Origin: Squalus acanthias
Lineage: Eukaryota
Assembly: GCA_030390025.1 (NCBI GenBank)
Contig: JASTWF010000033.1
Span: 2,234,001-2,298,000, forward strand
DNA: 64,000 nt
Reading direction: 5' to 3'
Shown one piece after another: positions 33,001 through 43,900 of the stretch (the stretch's first letter is position 1; every line of letters starts with the position of its first letter). The position numbers and the translations under genes are program-made. The notes under the pieces were generated by a model, which saw only the letters and a list, made by a program, of their open reading frames with translations, made no database searches and had not been told where the DNA came from.

Positions 33001-35530
33001 CAGCACTTCAATCTAATACAGCACTTCAATCTAACACAGAACCTAAATCAATTACAGCACTTCAATCTAATACAGCACTTCAATCTAATACAGCACTTCA
33101 ATCTAATACAGCACTTCAATCTAATACAGAACTCAATCTAATACAGCACTTCAATCTAATACAGCACTTCAATCTAATACAGCACTTCAATCTAATACAG
33201 CACTTCAATCTAATACAGAACCTAAATCTATTACAGCACTTCAATCTAATACAGCACTTCAATCTAATACAGCACTTCAATCTAATACAGCACTTCAATC
33301 TAATACAGCACTTCAATCTAACACAGAACCTAAATCAATTACAGCACTTCAATCTAATACAACACTTCAATCTAATACAGCGCTTCAATCTAATACAGCA
33401 CTTCAATCTAATACAGCACTTCAATCTAAGACAGCACTTCAATCTAATACAGCACTTCAATCTAATACAGCACTTCAATCTAATACAGCACTTCAATCTA
33501 ATACAGCACTTCAATCTAATACAGCACTTCAATCTAATACAGCACTTCAATCTAATACAGCACTTCAATCTAATACAGCACTTCAATCTAATACAGCACT
33601 TCAATCTAATACAGCACTTCAATCTAATACAGCACTTCAATCTAATACAGCACTTCAATCTAATACAGCACTTCAATCTAATACAGCACTTCAATCTAAT
33701 ACAGCACTTCAATCTAATACAGCACTTCAATCTAATACAGCACTTCAATCTAATACAGCACTTCAATCTAATACAGCACTTCAATCTAATACAGCACTTC
33801 AATCTAATACAGCACTTCAATCTAATACAGCACTTCAATCTAATACAGCACTTCAATCTAATACAGCACTTCAATCTAATACAGCACTTCAATCTAATAC
33901 AGCACTTCAATCTAATACAGCACTTCAATCTAATACAGCACTTCAATCTAATACAGCACTTCAATCTAATACAGCACTTCAATCTAATACAGCACTTCAA
34001 TCTAATACAGCACTTCAATCTAATACAGCACTTCAATCTAATACAGCACTTCAATCTAATACAGCACTTCAATCTAATACAGCACTTCAATCTAATACAG
34101 CACTTCAATCTAATACAGCACTTCAATCTAATACAGCACTTCAATCTAATACAGCACTTCAATCTAATACAGCACTTCAATCTAATACAGCACTTCAATC
34201 TAATACAGCACTTCAATCTAATACAGCACTTCAATCTAATACAGCACTTCAATCTAATACAGCACTTCAATCTAATACAGCACTTCAATCTAATACAGCA
34301 CTTCAATCTAATACAGCACTTCAATCTAATACAGCACTTCAATCTAATACAGCACTTCAATCTAATACAGCACTTCAATCTAAGACAGCACTTCAATCTA
34401 ATACAGCACTTCAATCTAATACAGCGCTTCAATCTAATACAGCACTTCAATCTAATACAGCACTTCAATCTAATACAGCAATTCAATCTAATACAGCACT
34501 TCAATCTAATACAGCACTTCAATCTAATACAGCACTTCAATCTAATACAGCACTTCAATCTAATACAGCACTTCAATCTAAGACAGCACTTCAATCTAAT
34601 ACAGCACTTCAATCTAATACAGCACTTCAATCTAATACAGCACTTCAATCTAATACAGCACTTCAATCTAATACAGCACTTCAATCTAATACAGCACTTC
34701 AATCTAATACAGCACTTCAATCTAATACAGCACTTCAATCTAATACAGCACTTCAGTCTAATACAGCACTTCAATCTAATACAACACTTCAATCTAATAC
34801 AGAACCTAAATCAATTACAGCACTTCAATCTAATACAGCACTTCAATCTAATACAGCACTTCAATCTAATACAGCACTTCAATCTAATACAGCACTTCAA
34901 TCTAATACAGCACTTCAATCTAATACAGCACTTCAATCTAATACAGCACTTCAATCTAATACAGCACTTCAGTCTAATACAGCACTTCAATCTAATACAG
35001 CACTTCAATCTAATACAGCACTTCAATCTAATACAGCACTTCAATCTAATACAGCACTTCAATCTAATACAGCACTTCAATCTAATACAGCACTTCAATC
35101 TAATACAGCACTTCAATCTAATACAGCACTTCAATCTAATACAGCACTTCAATCTAATACAGCACTTCAATCTAATACAGCACTTCAATCTAATACAGCA
35201 CTTCAATCTAATACAGCACTTCAGTCTAATACAGCACTTCAATCTAAGTCAGCACTTCAATCTAATACAGCACTTCAATCTAACACAGCACTTCAATCTA
35301 ATACAGAACTTCCATCTAATACAGCACCTAAATCAAATACAGCACTTCTATCTAATACAGCACTTCAATCTAATACAGCACTTCAATCTAATACAGCACT
35401 TCAATCTAATACAGCACTTCAATCTAATACAGCACTTCAACCTAATATAACACTTCAATCTAATACAGCACTTCAATCTAATACAGCACTTCAATCTAAT
35501 ACAATACTTCAATCTAATACAGCACTTCAA
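1..35530. repeat. 18-bp tandem satellite (ACAGCACTTCAATCTAAT)n, about 1970 copies, runs off the left edge
   Basis: Directly visible. Essentially invariant from 1 to about 24800 (only small interruptions near 5876, 17074, 17275, 22798, 22853). Clusters of variant monomers from about 24810 to 35530. Array ends at ...agcacttcaa|actattattc. Confidence 0.99.
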
Positions 35531-35597
35531 ACTATTATTCAAATTCTGAGTCCACAGCACAGAGACTTACGAAGCTCGATTGATTATACTCACTTAC

Positions 35598-35664
35598 CTG
35601 GAACACCAATGACTGTAAGAGTGAAGTAGTATATCATGCTGATGGTGTAAAATGTTGCCAACAT
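35598..35664 (-). CDS. GPR139-like: First coding exon of a GPR139/GPR142-like class A GPCR (N-terminus and start of TM1); the rest of the gene must lie left of the window
   Basis: Minus strand reads ATG(35664) MLATFYTISMIYYFTLTVIGVP then G|GTAAGT, a consensus phase-1 donor (GT at 35597-35596). IYY...IGVP followed by a phase-1 intron resembles GPR139 exon 1 (VYYSLLLCLGLP-A) and the expanded shark GPR139-like genes. An in-frame upstream ATG at 35751 overlaps the TATA box and is less likely to be the start. Confidence 0.72.
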
Positions 35665-35749
35665 TTTCTGTGTGAAGCGATCTATACCTTCGTGCTGAAG
35701 GTAATCTCTCTGAATAAATCTCTGAGGCAATACATTCCCAGAGCCTTCC

Positions 35750-35756
35750 ATTTATA
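35750..35756 (-). promoter_or_regulatory. TATA box (TATAAAT) of the GPR139-like gene
   Basis: gtgTATAAATgg on the minus strand, about 90 nt upstream of the ATG at 35664. Confidence 0.5.
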
Positions 35757-36249
35757 CACTGTGGTTTGCCCTCTGGGACAATCGGATAACAACATTGTTT
35801 GAATTAGTTCTTGTTGTTTGAAAAAATACTTGTGAACCGATTTGAGTCCCTGCTCTGATGAAAGCCTCAAGGGCTGGACCATTTTGATAATATTCGGGAA
35901 CGACTTTAACAATTAACTCTGCAATATGCTGTTTATTTTATCAAGATGGAGCTTATCAGTGGATCACACATTGCTTCCCTCATGCTCTGTCACCTACTGT
36001 GTTATTTCAATAATACAATTTCAAATTTATTTTTCTTCTCTCGTGGCTGCGATACTGTATATCTGTTTTGGTCTGACTGAAATAATTGATGCAATTTCAT
36101 TTTCAGCTTAAATTACATGGTTTGCTTCTCTGGTCTGGAGAGTTAAACTGTCCTACCTTTTCTTACAAGATTGTGCAATTTCATATTCAATAACTATTGT
36201 ATTTCTACTAATGAAACATGTCACAACAATACCCGTACAACTCTATTGC

Positions 36250-36452
36250 TCAATTTAACACAGCGCATAAATCTAATACAGCACTTCAAACCAATACAGC
36301 TTCTCAAACTAACACAGCATCTCAAACTAACACCGCAACTCAAACTAATGCAGCATCTCAATCAAATTCAGCACTTCAAAGTGATACAGCAGCTCAAACT
36401 AATTCAGCAGCTGAAACTAACACAGCTCCTCAAACAAATTCTGCACCTCAGA
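36250..36452. repeat. About 11 diverged copies of the same 18-bp monomer
   Basis: Contains an exact aatctaatacagcacttcaa plus variants (caaactaacacagcatct, caaactaatgcagcatct, caaagtgatacagcagct) at 18-bp period. Confidence 0.85.
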
Positions 36453-36454
36453 CT

Positions 36455-37270
36455 TGCAGAATGGGTACATAATTGTTAAATACATTTCAGCACAGATAAT
36501 TGTGAGGTATTGCATTTTGTTAAGAAAAATAAGCAGGTCATATATAACTTGGAAAACAAGAATCTAATTAGGATAGTGGAGCAAAGCGATCTGGGAGTAC
36601 AAATACACAAATCACTAAAAGTAGAGACACAGGATAATAAAACATAAAAAGCAAACCACGTGCTAGGGTGTAGATAGAGGGATTGTATTGAAAAGTAGAG
36701 AAGTTATGCAAAACTTGTATCGAACCTTGGCTAGCCCACACGTGGAGCACTGTGTCTAGTTCTGGTCGCCATATTAGAAAAAGAATATAGAGGCACTGGA
36801 AAGGATTTAAAAAATGATTTGCAAGGATGATACCAGAAATGCGAACTTATACCTATCAGGATAGGATGTACAGGCTTTGTGTCTTTACTCTTGAAAAGAG
36901 AAGGTTGAGGCGTGACCTAATTGAGGTCTTTAAAATGTTGAAAGATTTTAATAGCATAGATACAGAGAGAGTGGTTCCACTTGTGGGGAAGAGCAAAACT
37001 AGAGGCCTTAAATAAAATATAGTCACCAAGAAATCAAATAGGGAATTCAGAAGAAGCTACTTTACAAAGCGTGTGGTTGAGGTAAAGAGTATAGATGAAT
37101 TTAAGGGGAGGCTAGATTAGAAAATGAGGGAGAAGGGAATAGAGGGTTTTGCTGATAGAGTTCGATGTTGAAGGATGGGAGGAACCTCGAGAGGGCATTT
37201 AAGATGGAATGGACTGTTTGCGCCGAGTGGCCTCTTTCTTTGCGGTATGTTCTATGTAATTTTATGTGAT
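36455..37270 (+). mobile_element. CR1 LINE, 3' fragment (degenerate ORF2 C-terminus and 3' UTR)
   Basis: Translates to LEKRRLRRDLIEVFKMLKDF, the CR1 ORF2 C-terminal motif; ends in a ttctatgtaattttatgtgat-type tail. Confidence 0.9.
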
Positions 37271-37402
37271 CATAGAATCATAGATTCATCCATCACAGAA
37301 GTATTTGTATTCCCAGATGTCTTTTCTATGCTATCCCAATTACATTCTTATTTTCAAAGTAATATGGGAAATCATTGACTTTCTTAATAAAATGTATGTG
37401 CC

Positions 37403-37665
37403 AGCCATGGCTCAGTGGGTAGCACTCTCGCCTCTGAATGAGGAGGTCGGTGGTGCACAGCCCTCCAGAGACTTGAGAACAGAAATCAAGGCGGGCAGTA
37501 CAAAGGGAGTGCTGCACTGTCCGAGGCGCCGTCTTTCCTGATGAGACGTTAAACCGAGGCTCCGTCTGCTCTCTCAGGTGGACATAAAAATTCCCAAATC
37601 ACTATTTTGAAGAGGAGCAGGGGAGTTATCCCTGGTGTTCTGGCGAATATTTGACCCCCAATCAA
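37403..37665 (+). mobile_element. tRNA-derived SINE with a Deu-like core (SacSINE/AmnSINE-like)
   Basis: A-box-like tggctcagtggg head followed by ...gtctttcctgatgagacgttaaaccgaggctccgtctgctctctcaggtggac...gaagaggagcaggggagttatccctggtg, typical of the Deu domain. Confidence 0.7.
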
Positions 37666-37666
37666 C

Positions 37667-37805
37667 GCGGGAATGGTAGCATAGTGTTTATGTTACTGTA
37701 CTATTAATCCAGAGGCCTGGATTAATAGTCTGGAGACATGAGTCCAAATCTCTCTCCGGATACTGGGGAGTTTCTATTCAGTTAATTAAATACATCGTGA
37801 ATATT
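37667..37805 (+). mobile_element. 5' part of a second tRNA-derived SINE
   Basis: tggtagcatagtg (A box) ... taatccagaggcctgg ... gagtccaaatc (degenerate B box). Confidence 0.55.
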
Positions 37806-37814
37806 AAAGCTGTA

Positions 37815-37945
37815 ACCTGCAGGACTACGGACCAAGAGCTGGAAGTCAGATTAGGCTGGATAGCTCTTTGTTGGCAGGCACGGACACGATGGGCCAAAAT
37901 GGCCTCCTTCCGTGCTTTAACTTTCTCTGATAATATGATTCTATG
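37815..37945 (+). mobile_element. Short CR1 3' end, same family as 52986-55250
   Basis: ctacggaccaagagctgg...ggctggatagctctttgttgg...gatgggcc..aatggcctccttccgtgc...atgattctatg matches the reverse complement of about 52990-53120. Confidence 0.85.
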
Positions 37946-40900
37946 GGCAGGAAATGGATTGAGATGGGAATGGAGTGAGCTGGGAATGGAGTGAGCTGGG
38001 AATGTAGCGAGCATGGAATGCAGTGAGCTGGGACCGGAGTGAGCTGGGAATGACGTGAGCTGAGATAGGAGTGAGCTGGGAACAGAGTGAGCTGTGACTG
38101 GAGTGAGCTACGAGTGGAGTGAGGAGGCAATCGAGGGAGCACGGAACGGAGTGAGCTGGAAATACAGTGCGCTCGGAATGGGGTGAGCTGGCAATGGAGT
38201 GAGCTGGCAATGGAGTGAACTGGGAATGGAGTGAGCTGGGAATGGAAAGAGCTGGGAATGCAATGAGCTCAGACTAGAGTGCGTTGTAAACCGGTGAGCT
38301 GGGAACAGAGTGAGCTGGGAACGGTGTTGGCTGAGAACGGAGTTAACTGGGAATGGAGTTAGCAAGGGACCGACTGAGCTGCAATGGAGTGTGCTGGGAA
38401 GAGAGTGAGCTGGGAATGTTGTGAGCTGGAAACGGGGTGAGCTGGGAATGGGGTGAGCTGGGAAAGGAGTGAGCTTGAAAGAGTGTGAGCTGGGAACAGA
38501 GTGAATTAGGAATAGAATGATTTCGGAATAGGGAGGTGAGAATTGAGTGAATTGTGATCAGTTTCAGCTGGGAACAGAGTGAGCTGGTAATGGAGTAGTC
38601 TTGGAAAATATTGAGCTGGGAATGGATTGAGCTTTGAACGGAGTGAGCTAGTAATGATGTGAGCAGGGAATGGAGTGAGCTGGGACAGGAGTGAACTGGG
38701 AGCAGCATGAGCTGGGAATGGAATGAGCTGGGAACAGATTGAGCTGGGAAAGGTGTGAGCTGGGAATGATGTAGCATGGAACAGGGCGAGCTGCGAATGT
38801 ATTGAGCTGGGAATGGCGTGAGCTGGGAATGCAGTGAGCTGGGAATTCAGTGAGCTGGGAACAGATTGAACTTGGAAGAGAGTGATCTGGTAATATAGTG
38901 TGCTGTGAGCACAAAGAGCTGGGAAGAGAGTGAGCTGGGATCGGAGTGTGCTGAGCACAGAATAAGCTGGGAACAGATGAACTAGGAAGAGATTGAGCTT
39001 GGATCGGATTGGTTGGGAACAGAAAGAGCTGAGAAGAGAGTGAGCTGAAAATGGGGTGAGCGGGGAATAAAGTGAGCTGGGAACAGAATGTCCTGGGAAT
39101 AGAGTGTGTTGGGACCGGAGTGAGCTGTGAATGCAGCGAGCTGGTAATGGAGTGCGCTGGGAACTGAATGAGCAGGAAATGGAGTGAGTTGAGACTGGAA
39201 TGAGCTGGGAATAGATTGAGCTGGGAATGGAGTGAGCTGGGAATGGAGTGAGTTTGGAACGGTGTTAGCTTGGAATGGTGTGAGCTGGGAACAGAATTAG
39301 CTGGGAACGGAGTGACTGGGAATTGAGTGAGTTTTGATGAGTTTCAGCTGGGAACAGATGGTGCTGGGAATGGAGTGAGCTGGGAATGGAGTGAGCTGGA
39401 AAAAGGAGTGAGGTGGGAATAGTTTGAGCTGGGAACGGGTGATCTGTGAATGGAGTGAGCTGGGAATGGATTGAGCTGGGAATGGAGTGATCTGAGAGTT
39501 GAGTGAGCTGGGAACGGAGTGAGCTGTGAATGGAATGAGCTGGCAATGGAATGATCTGGGAGTGTAGTGAGCTGAGAATGGAGTGAGCTGGAAAAAGGAG
39601 TGAGGTGGGAATAGTTTGAGCTGGGAATGGAGTGGGCAGGGCATGGAGTGAGCTGGGAACGGAGTGAGTTGGAACAGTATGAGCTGTGAATGTAATGAGC
39701 TGGGACCGGTGTGAGATGGGGATGAAGTGAGCTGGGAATGGAGTGAGTTGGGAACAAAAAGAGTTGGGATGAGAGTGAGCTGGGATTGGAGTGAGCTTTG
39801 AATAAAGTGAGCTGGGAACAGAATGAGCTGGGAAAGGAGTGAGTTGGGACCGGAGTGAGTTGGGAATGAAGTGAGTTGGAATGGAGTGAGCTGGGAACAG
39901 TATGAGCTATGAATGTAATGAGTTGGGACTGGAGTGAGATAGGAATGAAATGAGCTGGGATGGAGTGAGATGGGATTTGAGTGAGCTGGGAATGGAGTGA
40001 GCTGGGAATGGAATGAGCTTGGATAGGAATGAGCTGGGAATGGGGTGAGTTGGGACTGGAGTGAGCTGGGAATGGAGTGAGCTAGGAACAGAATGTCCTG
40101 GGAATAGAGTGTGTTTGGAAAGAGTGAGCAGTGAATGGTGCGAGCTGATAATGGAGTGCGCTGGGAACTGAATGTGCTGGCAAAGGAGTGAGTTGAGACT
40201 GGAATGAGCTGGGAATAGATTGAGCTGGGAATGGAGTGAGTTTGGAACGGAGTGAGATTGGAATGGTGTGAGCTGGGAACAGAATGAGCTGGGAACGGAG
40301 TGATGTGGAAATTGAGTGATTTGTGATGAGTTTCAGATGGGAACAGATGGTGCTGGGAATGGAGTGAGCGGGGAATGGAGTGAGCTTGAAAAAGGAGTGA
40401 GGTGGGAATAGTTCGAGCTGGGAACAGGGTGAACTGTGAATGGAGTGAGCTGGGAATGGCGTGAGCTGGGAATGGAGTGATCTGAGAGTTGAATGAGCTG
40501 GGAATGGAGTGATCTGAGAGTTGAGTGAGATGGGGATGAGCGTGAGCTGGGAATGGATTGATCTGTGAATAAAGTGAGCTGGGGACAGAATGAGCTGGGA
40601 AACGAGCGACCTGGGAATTGAATGAGTTATGATGAGATTCAGCTGGGAACAATTGGTGCTGGGAATGGAGTGAGCTGGGAAAGGAGTAAGGTTGGAAAAG
40701 TTTGAGCTCGGAACGGGGTGAAATATGAATGGTGTGAGCTGGGAATGGAGTGGTCTGAGAGTGGAGTGAGCTGGGAACGGAATGAGCTGGCAATGGAATG
40801 AGCTGGGAGTGTAGTTGAGCTGGGAGTGTAGTGAGCTGGGAACGGAGTGAGCTGGGAATAGAGTGATCTGGGAATGTAGTGAACTGAGACCGGCGTGAGC

Positions 40901-43900
40901 TGAGAATGACGTGAGCTGGGAACGAAGTGAGCAGGGCATGGAATGAACTGTGAACGGAGTGAGCTGGGAATAGAGTGAGCTGTGAATGTAAAGAGCTGGG
41001 ACCAGAGTGAGATGGGGATGAAGTGAGCTGGGAATGGAGTGAGTACGGAACATAAAGAGCTGAATTAGAGGGAGCTGGGAATCGAGTGAACTGCGAATAA
41101 AGTGAGCTTGGAAAAGAATAAGCTGGGAATGGAATGAGTTGGGACCGGAGTGAGCTGGGAATGAAGTGAGCTGGAATGGAGTGAGCTGGGAACAGTATTA
41201 GCTGTGAATGTAATGAGTTGGGACCAGAGTGAGATCGGAATGAAGTGAGCTTGGAATGGAGTGAGATGGGATTGGACTGAGCTGGGAATGGAATGAGCTG
41301 GGAATGGAGTGAGCTGCGAATGGAGTGAGTTGTGATCCGTTTCAGTTGGGAACAGAATGAGATGGTAATGGAGTAGTCTTGGAATAGATTGAGCAGGGAA
41401 TGGAATGAGCTGGTAATGGAGTGAGCTGGGAATGGAGTGAGCTGGGAATGGAATGAGATGGGGATGGCGTTAGCTGGCGATGGATTGAGCTGGTAATGGA
41501 GTGAGCTGTGATTGGAGTGAGCTGGGAACAGAATGAGCTGGGAATGGAGTGAGTTGGGGTCGGAGTAGGATGGGAATGAATGGAGCTGGAATGGAGTGAG
41601 CTGGGAACAGTATTACATGTGATTGTAATGAGTTGGGACCAGAGAGAGATCGGAGCGGAGTGAGGTGGGAACGGTATGAGCTGGCAATGGAGTGAGATGG
41701 GATTGGAGTGAGCTGGGAATGGAGGGAACTGGGAATGGAGTGAGCTTGGAAAAGAATGAGCTGGGAATGTGGCGAGTTGGGACTGGACTCAGCTGGGAAT
41801 GGAGTGAGCTGTGCATTGAGTGAGCTGGTAACGGAGTGAGCTGGGAATGGAGTGAGCTGGGAAAGACATAAGCTGGAGTGGAGTGAGCTGGGAATGACCT
41901 GAACTGTGAATAGAGTGAGCTGTGATTGGAGTGAGCTGTGATTGGAGTGAGCTGTGATTGGAGTGAGCTGGGAATGGACTGAGCTGTGAATGGACTGAGT
42001 TGTGAGTGGAGTGAGCTGTGATTGGAGTGAGTTGTGAATGGATTTAACTGTGATTGGAGTGAGCTGTGATTGGAGTGAGTTGTGATTGGAGTGAGCTGTG
42101 ATTGGAGTGAGCTGTGATTGGAGTGAGCTGTGAATGGAATGCGCTGTGATTGGAGTGAGGTGTGAATGGAGTGAGCTGTGAATGGAGTGAGCTGGGAATG
42201 GAGTGATCTTTGAATGGAGTGAGCAGTGATTGGAGTGAGCTGTGAATGGAGTGAGCTGGGAATGGAGTGAGCTGTGATTGGAGTGAGCTGTGATTGGAAT
42301 GAGCAGTGATTGGAGTGAGCTGTGAGTGGACTGAACTGTGAATGGAGTGAGCTGTGAGTGGAGTGAGCTGTGATTGGAGTGAGCTGTGAATGGAGTGAGT
42401 TCTAAGTGGAGTGAGCTGTGATTGGAGTGAGTTGTGAATGGAGTTAACTGTGATTGGAGTGAGCTGTGAATGGAGTGAGCTTTGAATGGAGTGAGCTGTG
42501 ATTGGAGTGAGCTGTGATTGGAATGAGCTGGGAATGGACAGAAATGTGATTGGAGTGAGCTGTGAATGGAGTGAGCTGGGATTGGAGTGAGCTGTGATTG
42601 GAGTGAGCTGTGATTGGAGTGAGCTGTGAATGGAGTGAGCTGTGAATGGAGTGAGCTGTGATTGGAGTGAGCTGTGATTGGAATGAGCTGGGAATGGACT
42701 GAAATGTGATTGGAGTGAGCTGTGAATGGAGTGAGCTGGGATTGGATTGAGCTGTGATTGGAGTGAGGTGTGATTGGAGTGAGGTGTGAGTGGAGTGAGC
42801 TGTGTTTGGAGTGCGCTGTGAATGGAGTGAGCTGGGAATGGAGTGAGCTGTGAATGGAGTGAGCTGGGAATGGAGTGAGCTGTGAATGGAGTGAGCTGTG
42901 AATGGAGTGAGCTGGGAATGGAGTGAGATGGGAATGGAGTGAGATGGGAATGGAGTGAGATGGGAATGGAGTGAGATGGGAATGGAGTGAGCTTTGAATG
43001 GTGTCAGCTGTGAATGGAATGAGCTGTGATTGGAGTGAGCTGTGAATGGACTGAGCTGGAAATGGAGTGAGCTGTGAATGGAATGAGCTGTGATTGGAGT
43101 GAGCTGTGAATGGAGTGAGCTGGGAATGGAGTGAGCTGTGAATGGAATGAGCTGTGATTGGAGTGAGCTGTGAATGGAGTGAGTTGGGAATGGAGTGAGC
43201 TGTGAATGGAGTGAGCTGGGAATGGAGTGAGCTGTGAATGGAGTGAGCTGGGGATGGAGTGAGCTGTGAATGGAGTGAGCTGGGGATGGAGTGAGCTGTG
43301 AATGGAGTGAGCTGGGGATGGAGTGAGCTGTGAATGGAGTGAGCTGGCGATGGAGTGAGCTGTGAATGGAATGAGCTGTGATTGGAGTGAGCTGTGAATG
43401 GAATGAGCTGTGATTGGAGTGAGCTGTGAATGGAGTGAGTTGGAATGGAGTGAGCTGTGAATGGAGGTGAGCTGGAATGGAGTGATCTGTGAATGGAGTG
43501 AGCTGTGAATGGAATGAGCTGTGATTGGAGTGAGCTGTGAATGGAATGAGCTGTGATTAGAGTGAGCTGTGAATGGAGTGAGTTGGGAATGGAGTGAGCT
43601 GTGAATGGAATGAGCTGTGATTGGAGTGAGCTGTGAATGGAGTGAGTTGGGAATGGAGTGAGCTGTGATTGTAATGAGCTGTGATTGGAGTGAGCTGGGA
43701 ATGGAGTGAGCTGTGAATGGAATGAGCTGTGATTGGAGTGAGCTGTGAATGGAGTGGAGTTGGGAATGGAGTGAGCTGTGATTGTAATGAGCTGTGATTG
43801 GAGTGAGCTGGGAATGGAGGGAGCTGGGATTTGGAGTGAGCTGTGAATGAGTGAGCGGGTGATTGGAATGAGCTGTGAATGGAGTGAGCTGGGAATGGAA

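Noticed and set aside
17072..35560. Very long ORFs (IRLKCC)n and (QHFNLI)n
   Set aside because: An 18-bp unit is a multiple of 3 and has no stop in three of six frames. ORF ends coincide with random repeat variants, and most starts are non-ATG. No evidence of coding function.
36171..36479. Gln/Thr-rich repeat ORFs
   Set aside because: Translations of the degenerate 18-bp relic; no splice or coding support.
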